DNA from: Acidobacteriota bacterium
Lineage (GTDB): Bacteria; Acidobacteriota; Blastocatellia; Pyrinomonadales; Pyrinomonadaceae
Assembly (NCBI GenBank): GCA_029862725.1
Contig: JAOTWT010000001.1
Span: 1-37,731, forward strand
Direction: 5' to 3'
Length of the DNA stretch: 37,731 nucleotides
Part shown: positions 1-7,943 of the stretch, piece by piece
Layout: every line of letters starts with the position of its first letter
Numbering within the stretch: position 1 is the first letter of the stretch
Notes under the pieces: generated by a model
Databases searched by the model: none
What the model saw: only the letters and a program-made list of their open reading frames with translations
Told to the model about the DNA's origin: nothing
Made by a program: the position numbers and the translations under genes

Positions 1-1286
1 ATCACCTTTGCATTGCCGATTACAAAACGGCCTCCGATATCGGTGTCTGTGGTCGTGCGAAGCTTCGACGCGAGAATCAGGGTCGAGGTCATCAACTTGT
101 CGCTGTTGTAGTCCGGCACCGTAAAACCAAGACTTCGAATTCCCTTGTTGCCCGTTACGACATCTCGAACCACCACCTGCACTTTGTAATGGCCCGGCGC
201 CAACGCCTGCTGGGTTTGATAAACCGATGCCCGCTGCCTTGTTACAGAGAGATCCTCGGCAGTCGCACTGGCAATCACCGAATCTTCAAAGATCCCGGCA
301 CGTCTGTCGGTCACAGCTGTGATCCGTCCAAAAATATTCATCCTAGCAGTCGGTACCCCGCCGCGGTCTTCAAACGCCAATTCTTCATTCGGCGTCTGAA
401 GCGTGATTGTCGTGATCACGCTGTTTTCTGATTGCCGGAAAAAATCTACCCGAAGATCAAACTCAAGCGGGTTGTTGTCGATAACCGGTGAATCTTCCAG
501 CGTCGCCTGCAAATCAGCATACTTTACTTGCGGCGGCCGCGAAAGCTGGTTGCGAATCTCGAGCCTTCTGAAAGGCGAATCCTGTTCGCGGTAATAGTTT
601 CTCTGATTTATGCCGGAGATACGGTCGCCCTTGTTTGCGAGTCCGAGCGACTCAGCAGTCGTCAGACCGGCATTAGGGACAAACAGAAGCGCGTCCTTCT
701 CGTTCGCATTTGTGGCGATACGATATTCGCCCGTCCCGGTGGGATCGACGAACTCGATCTCGATTCCGCTTCCGATCCCTTCCAGGTGGCGGTAAAACCA
801 TATCTCAAACGGATACGTTGTGGTCGTTCCGCCGCCTTCCCATGCCGGGCGGTCATATGCGCCGCCCATCGGCCTTGATTCGACACTATCGGGTTTTCCC
901 CAGGTAATGTAGATCTTGCCGCGGTCTGTCATCCAGCCGGGTTTACCAGAAGAAAACATCTCGTTCGCGTACGCGATACGCTCGTAATACTCTTCCCGGT
1001 ATTCGTTTTCCTCCGTATCCGGATTGGGATCACGGCGACGCCAGAAATTCTCGATAAAATTCTCGCGCTCTTCGTTGGTCGTGAGTTGATCGAAAGCGTC
1101 TTTTTCTTCCGGAGTAATGATGTATTTGACGTCCTTACTCTTCCAATCCTTGTAGATCCTGTTGACCTCTATATCGGTCTTTCGAATCTTAGAATCGACA
1201 TCGACCTGGGCAAAGCCCGCAGACGCGCCCAAAGATATGACGAAACCCGTCAACAACAATTTACCCAACAGATTATTACTGCTCAT
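1..1286 (-). CDS. GWxTD domain-containing protein (start in window, 3' end runs off the left edge)
   Basis: Absent from the ORF track because no stop lies inside the window. Hand translation of the minus strand from ATG 1286..1284 gives MSSNNLLGKLLLTGFVISLGASAGFAQ (signal peptide) ..ENFWRRRDPNPDT..EYYERIAYANEMF..GKPGWMTDRGKIYITWGKPD..YPFEIWFY. The frame stays open to position 3. The motifs WRRRDP, GWMTD and FEIW are typical of the GWxTD family. Confidence 0.8.
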   Translation of the reverse strand, partial: MSSNNLLGKLLLTGFVISLGASAGFAQVDVDSKIRKTDIEVNRIYKDWKSKDVKYIITPEEKDAFDQLTTNEERENFIENFWRRRDPNPDTEENEYREEYYERIAYANEMFSSGKPGWMTDRGKIYITWGKPDSVESRPMGGAYDRPAWEGGGTTTTYPFEIWFYRHLEGIGSGIEIEFVDPTGTGEYRIATNANEKDALLFVPNAGLTTAESLGLANKGDRISGINQRNYYREQDSPFRRLEIRNQLSRPPQVKYADLQATLEDSPVIDNNPLEFDLRVDFFRQSENSVITTITLQTPNEELAFEDRGGVPTARMNIFGRITAVTDRRAGIFEDSVIASATAEDLSVTRQRASVYQTQQALAPGHYKVQVVVRDVVTGNKGIRSLGFTVPDYNSDKLMTSTLILASKLRTTTDTDIGGRFVIGNAKV

Positions 1287-1427
1287 TAAAAAACTCCTCG
1301 ATACAAACAAAAACCTCACGAAATATAATGCCGGAACCCCTAGATTTTAGACGGAAACTGTTAAATGTTCAAGATGTTTGACACTAGCGGTAAGTTGCCC
1401 AGCCGCATTGTGTGGTGAATTGCAAAA

Positions 1428-2477
1428 TCAGTCTGTTTCCCTTTTCTTGCCGAAGAACCATGCTATTCCTATTGAGACCAGATATAAAACAGCCATCGGA
1501 GTCGCAAACAGCATCATGTTCGGGATGTCACCGGTCGGAGAAATAAAGGCCGCAATGATTAGGATCAGGACCAGGGCAACCTTCCAACTCTTTACCAGAA
1601 AACCGGCTGAGATAACACCGATCCTCGATAAGACGTAGCTCACAGCCGGCATCTGAAAAATGATCCCCATAGCAAGCATGATCAGCGTTATGAATTCAAA
1701 ATAATCCGTAGCACGCAAAAGAAGCTGAAAATCCGAACCGAGCCCGAGGAGATAAGCGACCGCTGGCGGAAATAGTATGTAGTAGGCAAAAGCGGCGCCG
1801 ACTACAAAAGAAATCGTCGATAGGAAGATAAACGGCGTCACATACTTCCTTTCATGCTTGTAAAGTGCCGGCGAGATGAATCCCCAAATTTCAAACAGCA
1901 GGAACGGGATCGATAATGCAATTGCGGCGTAGAGCGAAACTGTTACGTAAAGCGTGAATGGTTCAACCGCAGTGGTTATGACCATTCTTTCGTTCGCTTC
2001 TTTGGTCGGATCTTTTTCGACCCTGAAATCAACCGGCAACTTGACGCCCTTTGGGAGCACGGTGTCGGATGTGTAGATTATCTGCTCGGTAAACAACCCA
2101 GGGTTGCCCGTCGAATCCCTGGAGACAATGGCCATCACCGAGGTGCCCGCGGCGACCGGTATGTTCCCGATATTGGTTGGGCGATCGAAAACGTAAAGTC
2201 CTGTATCTCCTTCCTTTACGCCTTTTAGTGGAAGCAGTTTTTCGTCTCCCTTTCTGCCTGAAAGAGGCACTTCCCGTCTTTCCGCCCTGGTCAGCGCCTC
2301 CTGAACCGGAATCGCGAGAAAGTTGTAGATCTGATCGGAGAAGAACCAACAAATGCAAAAGGCAACACCGATTATAAGGGCAGAACGAACGAGCCGTTTC
2401 CGGAACTCGTCGAGATGTTCGAGGAAGGACATGTGTCCCGATAGTCTTTCCTCGATTGTGCCTTCATCGATCGCCAT
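1428..2477 (-). CDS. tatC: Twin-arginine translocase subunit TatC, with a ~100-aa insertion in the first periplasmic loop
   Basis: 349-aa ORF. MSFLEHLDEFRKRLV..., EIWGFISPALYKHERKY and ISPTGDIPNMM align to E. coli TatC as recalled from memory. It is about 100 aa longer than typical TatC proteins. Confidence 0.9.
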   Translation of the reverse strand: MAIDEGTIEERLSGHMSFLEHLDEFRKRLVRSALIIGVAFCICWFFSDQIYNFLAIPVQEALTRAERREVPLSGRKGDEKLLPLKGVKEGDTGLYVFDRPTNIGNIPVAAGTSVMAIVSRDSTGNPGLFTEQIIYTSDTVLPKGVKLPVDFRVEKDPTKEANERMVITTAVEPFTLYVTVSLYAAIALSIPFLLFEIWGFISPALYKHERKYVTPFIFLSTISFVVGAAFAYYILFPPAVAYLLGLGSDFQLLLRATDYFEFITLIMLAMGIIFQMPAVSYVLSRIGVISAGFLVKSWKVALVLILIIAAFISPTGDIPNMMLFATPMAVLYLVSIGIAWFFGKKRETD

Positions 2478-2506
2478 AACGTAGTAACGTATTCAAAATC
2501 AGATAC

Positions 2507-2962
2507 TTAGAACCAATCTTCCTTGTCGTTCGGCTCCTCAGCGGGAGAAGATGCGGTTGTTTTGAGCTTTTCGATCTGTGCTTCGTCGGTTATTTCTCTA
2601 ATCTCGGGCATGGACGGCGCAGACGCAGCGCCCTTCGAATCAACATCAGCGGCCGGTTCTTCCGGCGAATCTCCACCGATATTCGCTTCCTTTAACGACG
2701 GATGCTCTTCTTCCGGCATTCCCGAAGGGCCTGCCAGCGCTTCGTCGCTAAAGTTAAAGGCATTCTTTTCATCCTCGCCGAGGGCGGCCTCACGTTCCCA
2801 CGTGGAACGGAAATCATTCGAGACTTTTCTGAATTCGGCCATCATCTTTCCCGCCTTACGGGCCAGTTCTGGAATCCTGCGCGGCCCAAAAACGACAAGC
2901 GCGACCATCCCGACAAGCAGGAGCTCCCATGTTCCCAATGATTCCAAGATAAATAAAAACAC
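2507..2962 (-). CDS. tatA: Sec-independent translocase protein, TatA/TatB family
   Basis: The N-terminus GTWELLLVGMVALVVFGPRRIPELARKAGKMMAEF is the TatA/B TM-hinge-amphipathic helix signature, followed by an acidic tail. At 151 aa the length is more TatB-like. An alternative TTG start at 2938 would give the canonical MGTWELL N-terminus. Confidence 0.85.
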   Translation of the reverse strand: MFLFILESLGTWELLLVGMVALVVFGPRRIPELARKAGKMMAEFRKVSNDFRSTWEREAALGEDEKNAFNFSDEALAGPSGMPEEEHPSLKEANIGGDSPEEPAADVDSKGAASAPSMPEIREITDEAQIEKLKTTASSPAEEPNDKEDWF

Positions 2963-3000
2963 GATTTTCGTTGGCCAGTCTTACAAATGGTCAGCCAGCC

Positions 3001-4020
3001 TCAGGAAACCTCCAAAAGATGTTCTGATCTTCTCTTTACTTGACCGATAACTACTCCGTTATCAATAATTTGCAGAAACTCCTGCACATTCTCCGGCGGC
3101 AGGCTGATCAACAGCCCACCCGCAGTTTGCGGATCAAACAGTGCGCTTTGCATAAACGGCGTAACCGCGTCACTGAATACGATCTCACTCCCGACATAGT
3201 TGCGGTTATTGCGGTCTCCGCGTGTCAGCATTTTTGCTTCGATCAGTTCCAGGACATCGGGAAGCAATGGCACCGATGTTGAATCAATCTCAAGAGTAAC
3301 ATCTCCTGCGCCGGCCAGCTCGAATGCATGTCCTAACAATCCAAAACCCGTGATGTCCGTGCAGCTGTTCGCCCCGACCCCGATCATTGCCTTAGATGCT
3401 TCGCGCGCCGATTTGGTCATCGCCTCGATTGCCGCCTGTTCCGCTTCAGCCGAGGCTTTTCCAAACTTGACGGCCGTGTTAATGACACCTGTTCCGATCG
3501 GCTTGGTAAGAACAAGCCGGTCACCCGGCCGCGCCCCAGCATTCGTGATAAGTTTACTAGATTCAACAATTCCGGTTATAGAGTAGCCTATTTTGATTTC
3601 CTTATCATCGACGGAATGTCCCCCAATGACGGCAACGTTTTCTTCCATCAAGGCCCTATGACCGCCGCTCAGAATGTCACCGAGTAGTTCAAAATCGCCG
3701 CTTTGCGGAAAACAAACGATCGACAGGGCCGTAATCGGAACTCCGCCCATCGCGTAGACATCATTGATCGAGTTCAGGGCGGCAATCCTTCCGTAGGTTT
3801 CGGGGTCATCGGCGACCGGTGTAAAGAAATCGAGGGTCTGGACGAGGTATCGATCGTCATCAAGGCGGTAAACTCCCGCGTCGTCGGCATGATCGAAGCC
3901 GACAACGATGTTTTTATCGTCTTGTTTCGGAAGTTTGCTCAGTACCTGAGCAAGGTCGCCTGGTGCGAGTTTCGCCACTCAACCAGCACAGTCAACCATT
4001 TCCGTCAGTCTCTTAGTCAT
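3001..4020 (-). CDS. selD: Selenide, water dikinase SelD, selenocysteine-containing (in-frame TGA at 3979..3981)
   Basis: The track ORF 3001..3978 starts at a GTG immediately after a TGA. Reading through gives MTKRLTEMVDCAG-U-VAKLAPGDLAQVL. This aligns to E. coli SelD RLTQYSHGAG-C17-GCK20-ISPKVLETIL, with U at the Cys17 position and Lys20 conserved. The rest of the protein is clearly SelD (DDAGVY, DFFTP, GRIAALNSINDVYAMGG, TDITGFGLLGH). Confidence 0.85.
3935..3953 (-). promoter_or_regulatory. Putative bacterial SECIS hairpin for the selD UGA
   Basis: On the mRNA, 25 nt after the UGA, lies UUGCUCAG-GUA-CUGAGCAA. This is a perfect 8-bp stem whose apical region contains G-G-U. Confidence 0.5.
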
Positions 4021-4026
4021 AGCTAT

Positions 4027-4875
4027 CTATTTACCCAACAACAAGTTATACAGTCTATCCAAGTCTTCAGTCCCATAGTATTCGATCTCTATCTTACCGC
4101 TTTGCCCCTGCCTGGCCGGTATTATTTTTACCTGTGTTCCCAGTTTTCTTCTGAGTCTTGTTTCGGCCTTTTTAAGATTCGGATCCGCCGGCGCCGGTTT
4201 CGGACTGGCCTTCCGCGGCTTTCTCTTTGCGGCCTTTTCTGCGTCCCGCACCGAAAGACCGTGCAAAAGGATTGCGTTTGCGAGTTCCTTTTGACGAGTC
4301 GTACTCTCTATCGAAAGCAGGGCTTTGGCATGCCCAACCGAGATTCTTCCTTCACCAAGATGGACGAGTACTGGTTCCGGTAAGTTCAATAACCGCAAAT
4401 AGTTAGCAATAAACGTCCGCGTTTTCCCGACCCTTTCCGCAACTGCCTGCTGTGTCAACCCGAGATCATCGATCAGTTTCTGATAGGCCTTGGCTTCTTC
4501 CACCGGATTCAGTTGCTGGCGTTGAATATTCTCGATCAATGCGATCTCGAGCATTTTGTCGTCGTCAATTTCCCTGACAACGGCAGGTATGTGTTTCAAA
4601 CCCGCTTTCTGCGCAGCGCGCCAACGTCGTTCTCCGGCGACGATTTGATACTTGGTTCCTCTCGCGCGCACGAGTATCGGTTGGACCACCCCGTTTACCT
4701 GAATCGATTGCGTCAACTCATCTAATTCGGTTTCCGGAAAACTGTCTCGCGGCTGTTCCGAATTTGGTTCGACCATTTCGATTCCAATTTCGAGAAAGTC
4801 CTTTTCCTTATTTGCCCCGGCTGTATCCTCTCCTAAAAGAGCACTCAAGCCGCGTCCCAACGCTTGTCTAGCCAT
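4027..4875 (-). CDS. parB: Chromosome partitioning protein ParB/Spo0J
   Basis: 282 aa with LGRGLSALL, the ParB box IVAGERRWRAAQKAG, and an HTH region (LTQQAVAERVGKTRTFIANYLRL). It overlaps the parA stop by 8 nt. Confidence 0.93.
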   Translation of the reverse strand: MARQALGRGLSALLGEDTAGANKEKDFLEIGIEMVEPNSEQPRDSFPETELDELTQSIQVNGVVQPILVRARGTKYQIVAGERRWRAAQKAGLKHIPAVVREIDDDKMLEIALIENIQRQQLNPVEEAKAYQKLIDDLGLTQQAVAERVGKTRTFIANYLRLLNLPEPVLVHLGEGRISVGHAKALLSIESTTRQKELANAILLHGLSVRDAEKAAKRKPRKASPKPAPADPNLKKAETRLRRKLGTQVKIIPARQGQSGKIEIEYYGTEDLDRLYNLLLGK

Positions 4876-5629
4876 GGTTTAGAATCTCCTTTGCAAGCTG
4901 CATGTAGCTTTCGGATCCGCGTGACCGTATATCATAGAGAATAATAGGTTTACCAAAGCTCGGAGCCTCGGCGAGCCGAACATTCCGGGGAATAACCGTG
5001 TCGAGCACCTGGCTCCCGTAGAAGTCTCTCAAATCACGCGCGACAGCCGCAGAAAGGTTTGTGCGTTCATCATACATTGTCAGAAGAAGGCCCTCGATTG
5101 TGAGTTCCGGGTTGAGTGATCTTCGCAACCGAGCGAGTGTATCAAAGAGTTCTGTGACACCTTCCAATGCAAAATACTCGCACTGTATGGGTACCAGCAA
5201 CGAATCCGCTGCGGTCAATCCATTGACGGTCAAAAGGCCAAGTGAAGGCGGACAATCGATGATTATGTAATCAAATTCTGATTTCGCAACATCGAGTAAT
5301 TCTTTGAGCTTATATTCTCTCCGGTCTTGGTCTACAAGTTCGATTTCCGCCCCCGCGAGGTTCTTGTCGGCTGGGATTACCCACAACAGGGGAAACTCAG
5401 TCGGGAATATTATATTTTCAAGCGGTACCTGATTTGAGATCGCATCATAAAGCGTTTTTCGCGATTTTTCCCTAATGACTCCGGAACCGGATGTTGCATT
5501 TCCCTGTGGATCCGCATCCACCAAAAGAACCGTTTTTTCCTCCACGGCGAGGCCGGCGGCAAGATTAACGGCGGTCGTTGTCTTACCCACACCCCCTTTT
5601 TGATTTGCGATGGCGATGGTTTTTCCCAT
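4868..5629 (-). CDS. parA: Chromosome partitioning ATPase ParA/Soj
   Basis: 253 aa with the deviant Walker A NQKGGVGKTTTAVNLAAGLA, plus DADPQGNAT and IIIDCPPSLG. Confidence 0.95.
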   Translation of the reverse strand: MGKTIAIANQKGGVGKTTTAVNLAAGLAVEEKTVLLVDADPQGNATSGSGVIREKSRKTLYDAISNQVPLENIIFPTEFPLLWVIPADKNLAGAEIELVDQDRREYKLKELLDVAKSEFDYIIIDCPPSLGLLTVNGLTAADSLLVPIQCEYFALEGVTELFDTLARLRRSLNPELTIEGLLLTMYDERTNLSAAVARDLRDFYGSQVLDTVIPRNVRLAEAPSFGKPIILYDIRSRGSESYMQLAKEILNHG

Positions 5630-5732
5630 TTGTAACAGGTATTAATGCGGTATTCGGAAGAGACAAATCTAGCACAATTCACCATTCCTAGCTAGGCGAA
5701 TCGCTCAGTTCCCGGCACTCAGCACTCAGTGG

Positions 5733-5748
5733 TGTTCCACGTGGAACA
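5733..5748. promoter_or_regulatory. parS centromere-like site (perfect 16-bp palindrome TGTTCCACGTGGAACA)
   Basis: Matches the Firmicutes-type parS consensus TGTTNCACGTGAAACA at 15/16 positions. It lies about 100 bp upstream of parA. The dyad extends to 34 bp with one mismatch (5724..5757: ACTCAGT-G-GTGTTCCACGTGGAACAC-A-ACTGAGT). Confidence 0.75.
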
Positions 5749-5755
5749 CAACTGA

Positions 5756-5783
5756 GTTTCAAGTTTCAGGTTCCAGGTTTCAA
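5756..5783. repeat. Heptamer tandem array GTTTCAA/GTTTCAG/GTTCCAG/GTTTCAA (x4)
   Basis: Read directly from the sequence. The units are the reverse complement of the TTGGAAC-type heptamers at 5920..5968. Confidence 0.85.
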
Positions 5784-5880
5784 GTCTGCCGGGCAACGGC
5801 TTCGAGCTCCAGAAAATCCTTTTCTTCATAAAAATGAGAAGTTATTTAGCAGACGTTGAAATTCGAGCCATGGACTTGGG

Positions 5881-5901
5881 GTCCGAAGTCCGAAGTCCGA
5901 A
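5881..5901. repeat. Perfect tandem heptamer GTCCGAA x3
   Basis: Read directly: gtccgaa gtccgaa gtccgaa. Confidence 0.9.
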
Positions 5902-5919
5902 GCTTCAAACCTTGAATTC

Positions 5920-5968
5920 TTGGAACTTGAAACTTGAAACTTGGAGCTTGGAACTTGGAATCTGGAAC
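5920..5968. repeat. Heptamer tandem array TTGGAAC-like x7
   Basis: The units are ttggaac ttgaaac ttgaaac ttggagc ttggaac ttggaat ctggaac. Positions 5919..5941 are the inverted complement of 5755..5777 with 2 mismatches. The array abuts the mnmG stop codon. Confidence 0.85.
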
Positions 5969-5974
5969 CCTTCT

Positions 5975-7867
5975 CTAGGCTTTGGCTTTCTCGGCGGTGA
6001 GGTGTACAAGGACGGTGGACAGGGCGACCGGCGTCAGCCCGCTGATCTTCCGAACCTGGCCAAAAGTACTCGGCTGCGCGCGTTCGATTCGTTCGACCAT
6101 CTCATTCGATAAACCGCTAATTGCGTTGAACTTAAAGGTTTTCGGCACTCGCAGATTGTCGTGTTTGTTAACACGCGCAGTTGCCTTGTCATGTTTCTTG
6201 ATGTAGCCGGAGTAGAGAGAATCCGCGAGCGCGGTTTGAAGGTCGCGTTCGTTCGTCTCCGCTTGAGCTTCGGGAGGAAGAAGTTTAAGAATCAATTCGG
6301 TATTTACTCCGCGACGCTGCGCAAGCTGCGAAAGCGTCACCGAATCCCCGAGATCGCATCCGAGCAATTGCGAGGCGGCAGCATATTCCGAATCGGAACG
6401 CTTGAACCGAACGTTGTCCAGTGTGTTCCTCAGCCGCGCAATCCGGTCACGGCGAAGATTGAACCGTTCCCAATCTGTTTCGTCAACAAGCCCGGCTTCC
6501 CTGCCTTTCGGCGAAAGCCTCAGATCCGCATTGTCATGCCGCAGCGTCAGCCGTGCTTCGGCACGTGATGTAAATATCCGGTACGGTTCATCAACCCCGT
6601 GACGGATCAAATCATCGACCAAAACCCCGATATATCCCTCTTCACGGCCTAAAACCAAAGGTTCCCGTTGTTCCACGTGGAACACGGAGTTTAGTCCAGC
6701 CATCAGGCCCTGGCAGGCCGCTTCTTCATAACCCGTGGTACCGTTGATCTGACCTGCAAAAAACAGCCCCTTGATTCTGCTTGTTTCCATCGACGGCCTG
6801 AGTTCACGCGGGTCGACAAAGTCGTACTCGATGGCATAGCCGGGGCGTATTATACGAACCTCCTCAAATCCCTCGATTCTTCTCAATAGGTCCTGCTGAA
6901 GATCCGCGGGCAATGAAGTAGAAAACCCATTCAGATACACCTCGTTGGTGTCATGCCCTTCTGGCTCGAGGAACAACTGGTGACGATCTTTCTCACCGAA
7001 CTTTACGACCTTGTCTTCAATAGAAGGACAATATCGCGGCCCGATCCCCTTTATGGCACCCGAGTAAAGCGGCGATTTTGAAATGTTTGCACGGATATCG
7101 TCATGCAACGCCTGATTCGTATAACCAATGTGGCAGTTTATCTGTTTTTGGCTGATCGACTCGGTTGCAAACGAAAATGCCACCGGTTTTTCGTCAGGTC
7201 TCTGTTCTTCAAAGGCATCCCAGTCAATCGTCCGTCCATCCAGCCTCGGAGGGGTTCCCGTCTTGAGACGACCGACGGGGAAACCCAATTCCTTCAGATT
7301 CTGCGCTAATTCGATCGAGGCCGGTTCGCCGGCGCGGCCCGCCGAGTAATTGCGATTGCCTGTGTGGATCTTGCCGTTCAGAAATGTGCCGGTCGCAACC
7401 ACAACCGCCTTCGCACCGAAACGCCGGGTATCCTGCATTTCCACACCAATAACTTGTTTATTATCAACAATTAGCCGAACCACAAATCCCTGTCGAAAAT
7501 GCAGATTCGGAGTCGCTTCAAGGACGCGGCGCATCTCGGTCCTGTACAGCGCGCGGTCCGCCTGGGCCCTCGGCGACTGCACCGCCGGTCCCCGCGACCG
7601 ATTCAAAAGTCGAAACTGAATTCCCGTGCGGTCGGCCACCCGACCCATTATCCCGCCCAGAGCATCGATCTCGCGGACGATGTGTCCCTTTGCGATACCG
7701 CCGATCGCGGGATTGCACGACATCTGCCCGATCAGATCGAGATTTATCGTGACCAGTGCAGTTTCCGATCCGAGACGTGCAGCGGCCGAGGCCGCCTCGC
7801 AACCCGCATGACCTGCGCCGATCACAATTACATCAAATGTTTCGTCAAAGTACATAAAAAATGGCAC
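5975..7867 (-). CDS. mnmG: tRNA uridine 5-carboxymethylaminomethyl modification enzyme MnmG (GidA)
   Basis: 630 aa with the FAD-binding N-terminus FDVIVIGAGHAGCEAA, plus NPAIGGIAKGH, GPRYCPSIEDK and FFAGQINGTTGYEEAA. The start could instead be the ATG at 7852 (MYFDETFDV...). Confidence 0.95.
   Translation of the reverse strand: MPFFMYFDETFDVIVIGAGHAGCEAASAAARLGSETALVTINLDLIGQMSCNPAIGGIAKGHIVREIDALGGIMGRVADRTGIQFRLLNRSRGPAVQSPRAQADRALYRTEMRRVLEATPNLHFRQGFVVRLIVDNKQVIGVEMQDTRRFGAKAVVVATGTFLNGKIHTGNRNYSAGRAGEPASIELAQNLKELGFPVGRLKTGTPPRLDGRTIDWDAFEEQRPDEKPVAFSFATESISQKQINCHIGYTNQALHDDIRANISKSPLYSGAIKGIGPRYCPSIEDKVVKFGEKDRHQLFLEPEGHDTNEVYLNGFSTSLPADLQQDLLRRIEGFEEVRIIRPGYAIEYDFVDPRELRPSMETSRIKGLFFAGQINGTTGYEEAACQGLMAGLNSVFHVEQREPLVLGREEGYIGVLVDDLIRHGVDEPYRIFTSRAEARLTLRHDNADLRLSPKGREAGLVDETDWERFNLRRDRIARLRNTLDNVRFKRSDSEYAAASQLLGCDLGDSVTLSQLAQRRGVNTELILKLLPPEAQAETNERDLQTALADSLYSGYIKKHDKATARVNKHDNLRVPKTFKFNAISGLSNEMVERIERAQPSTFGQVRKISGLTPVALSTVLVHLTAEKAKA
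6669..6684. promoter_or_regulatory. Second parS site, identical 16-mer TGTTCCACGTGGAACA, inside the mnmG coding sequence
   Basis: Exact copy of the 5733..5748 palindrome. It encodes ..VFHVEQ.. of MnmG. Confidence 0.7.
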
Positions 7868-7943
7868 CGCAAACCTTCGATTTTACTTCATCCAAGGATT
7901 CGATGCCAACAAAAAACGTATTTGCCTACGGGCGTTCAGGCCT

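Noticed and set aside
2794-2808. Third parS-like sequence GTTCCCACGTGGAAC inside the tatA/B gene.
   Set aside because: One extra base breaks the half-site spacing, so the sequence is not a perfect dyad and lacks the flanking T/A. It is probably a chance CACGTG-centred match in coding sequence.
3001-3978. The track's 325-aa selD ORF starting at GTG 3978.
   Set aside because: The GTG is immediately preceded by an in-frame TGA, and upstream codons restore the conserved SelD N-terminus. The ORF is replaced by the read-through model 3001..4020.
5630-5974. Possible chromosomal replication origin, since E. coli oriC lies next to gidA/mnmG and the spacer here is repeat-rich with an A+T-rich core.
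   Set aside because: I found no TTATCCACA/TGTGGATAA-type DnaA boxes, even allowing one mismatch by eye, in this spacer or in 7868..7943. dnaA and dnaN are not nearby. The repeats are heptamers of unrelated sequence.
5834-6112. 92-aa plus-strand ORF across the heptamer repeats.
   Set aside because: Its sequence (..LNSWNLKLETWSLELGIWN..) is simply the repeats translated, and it overlaps the mnmG 3' end in antisense.
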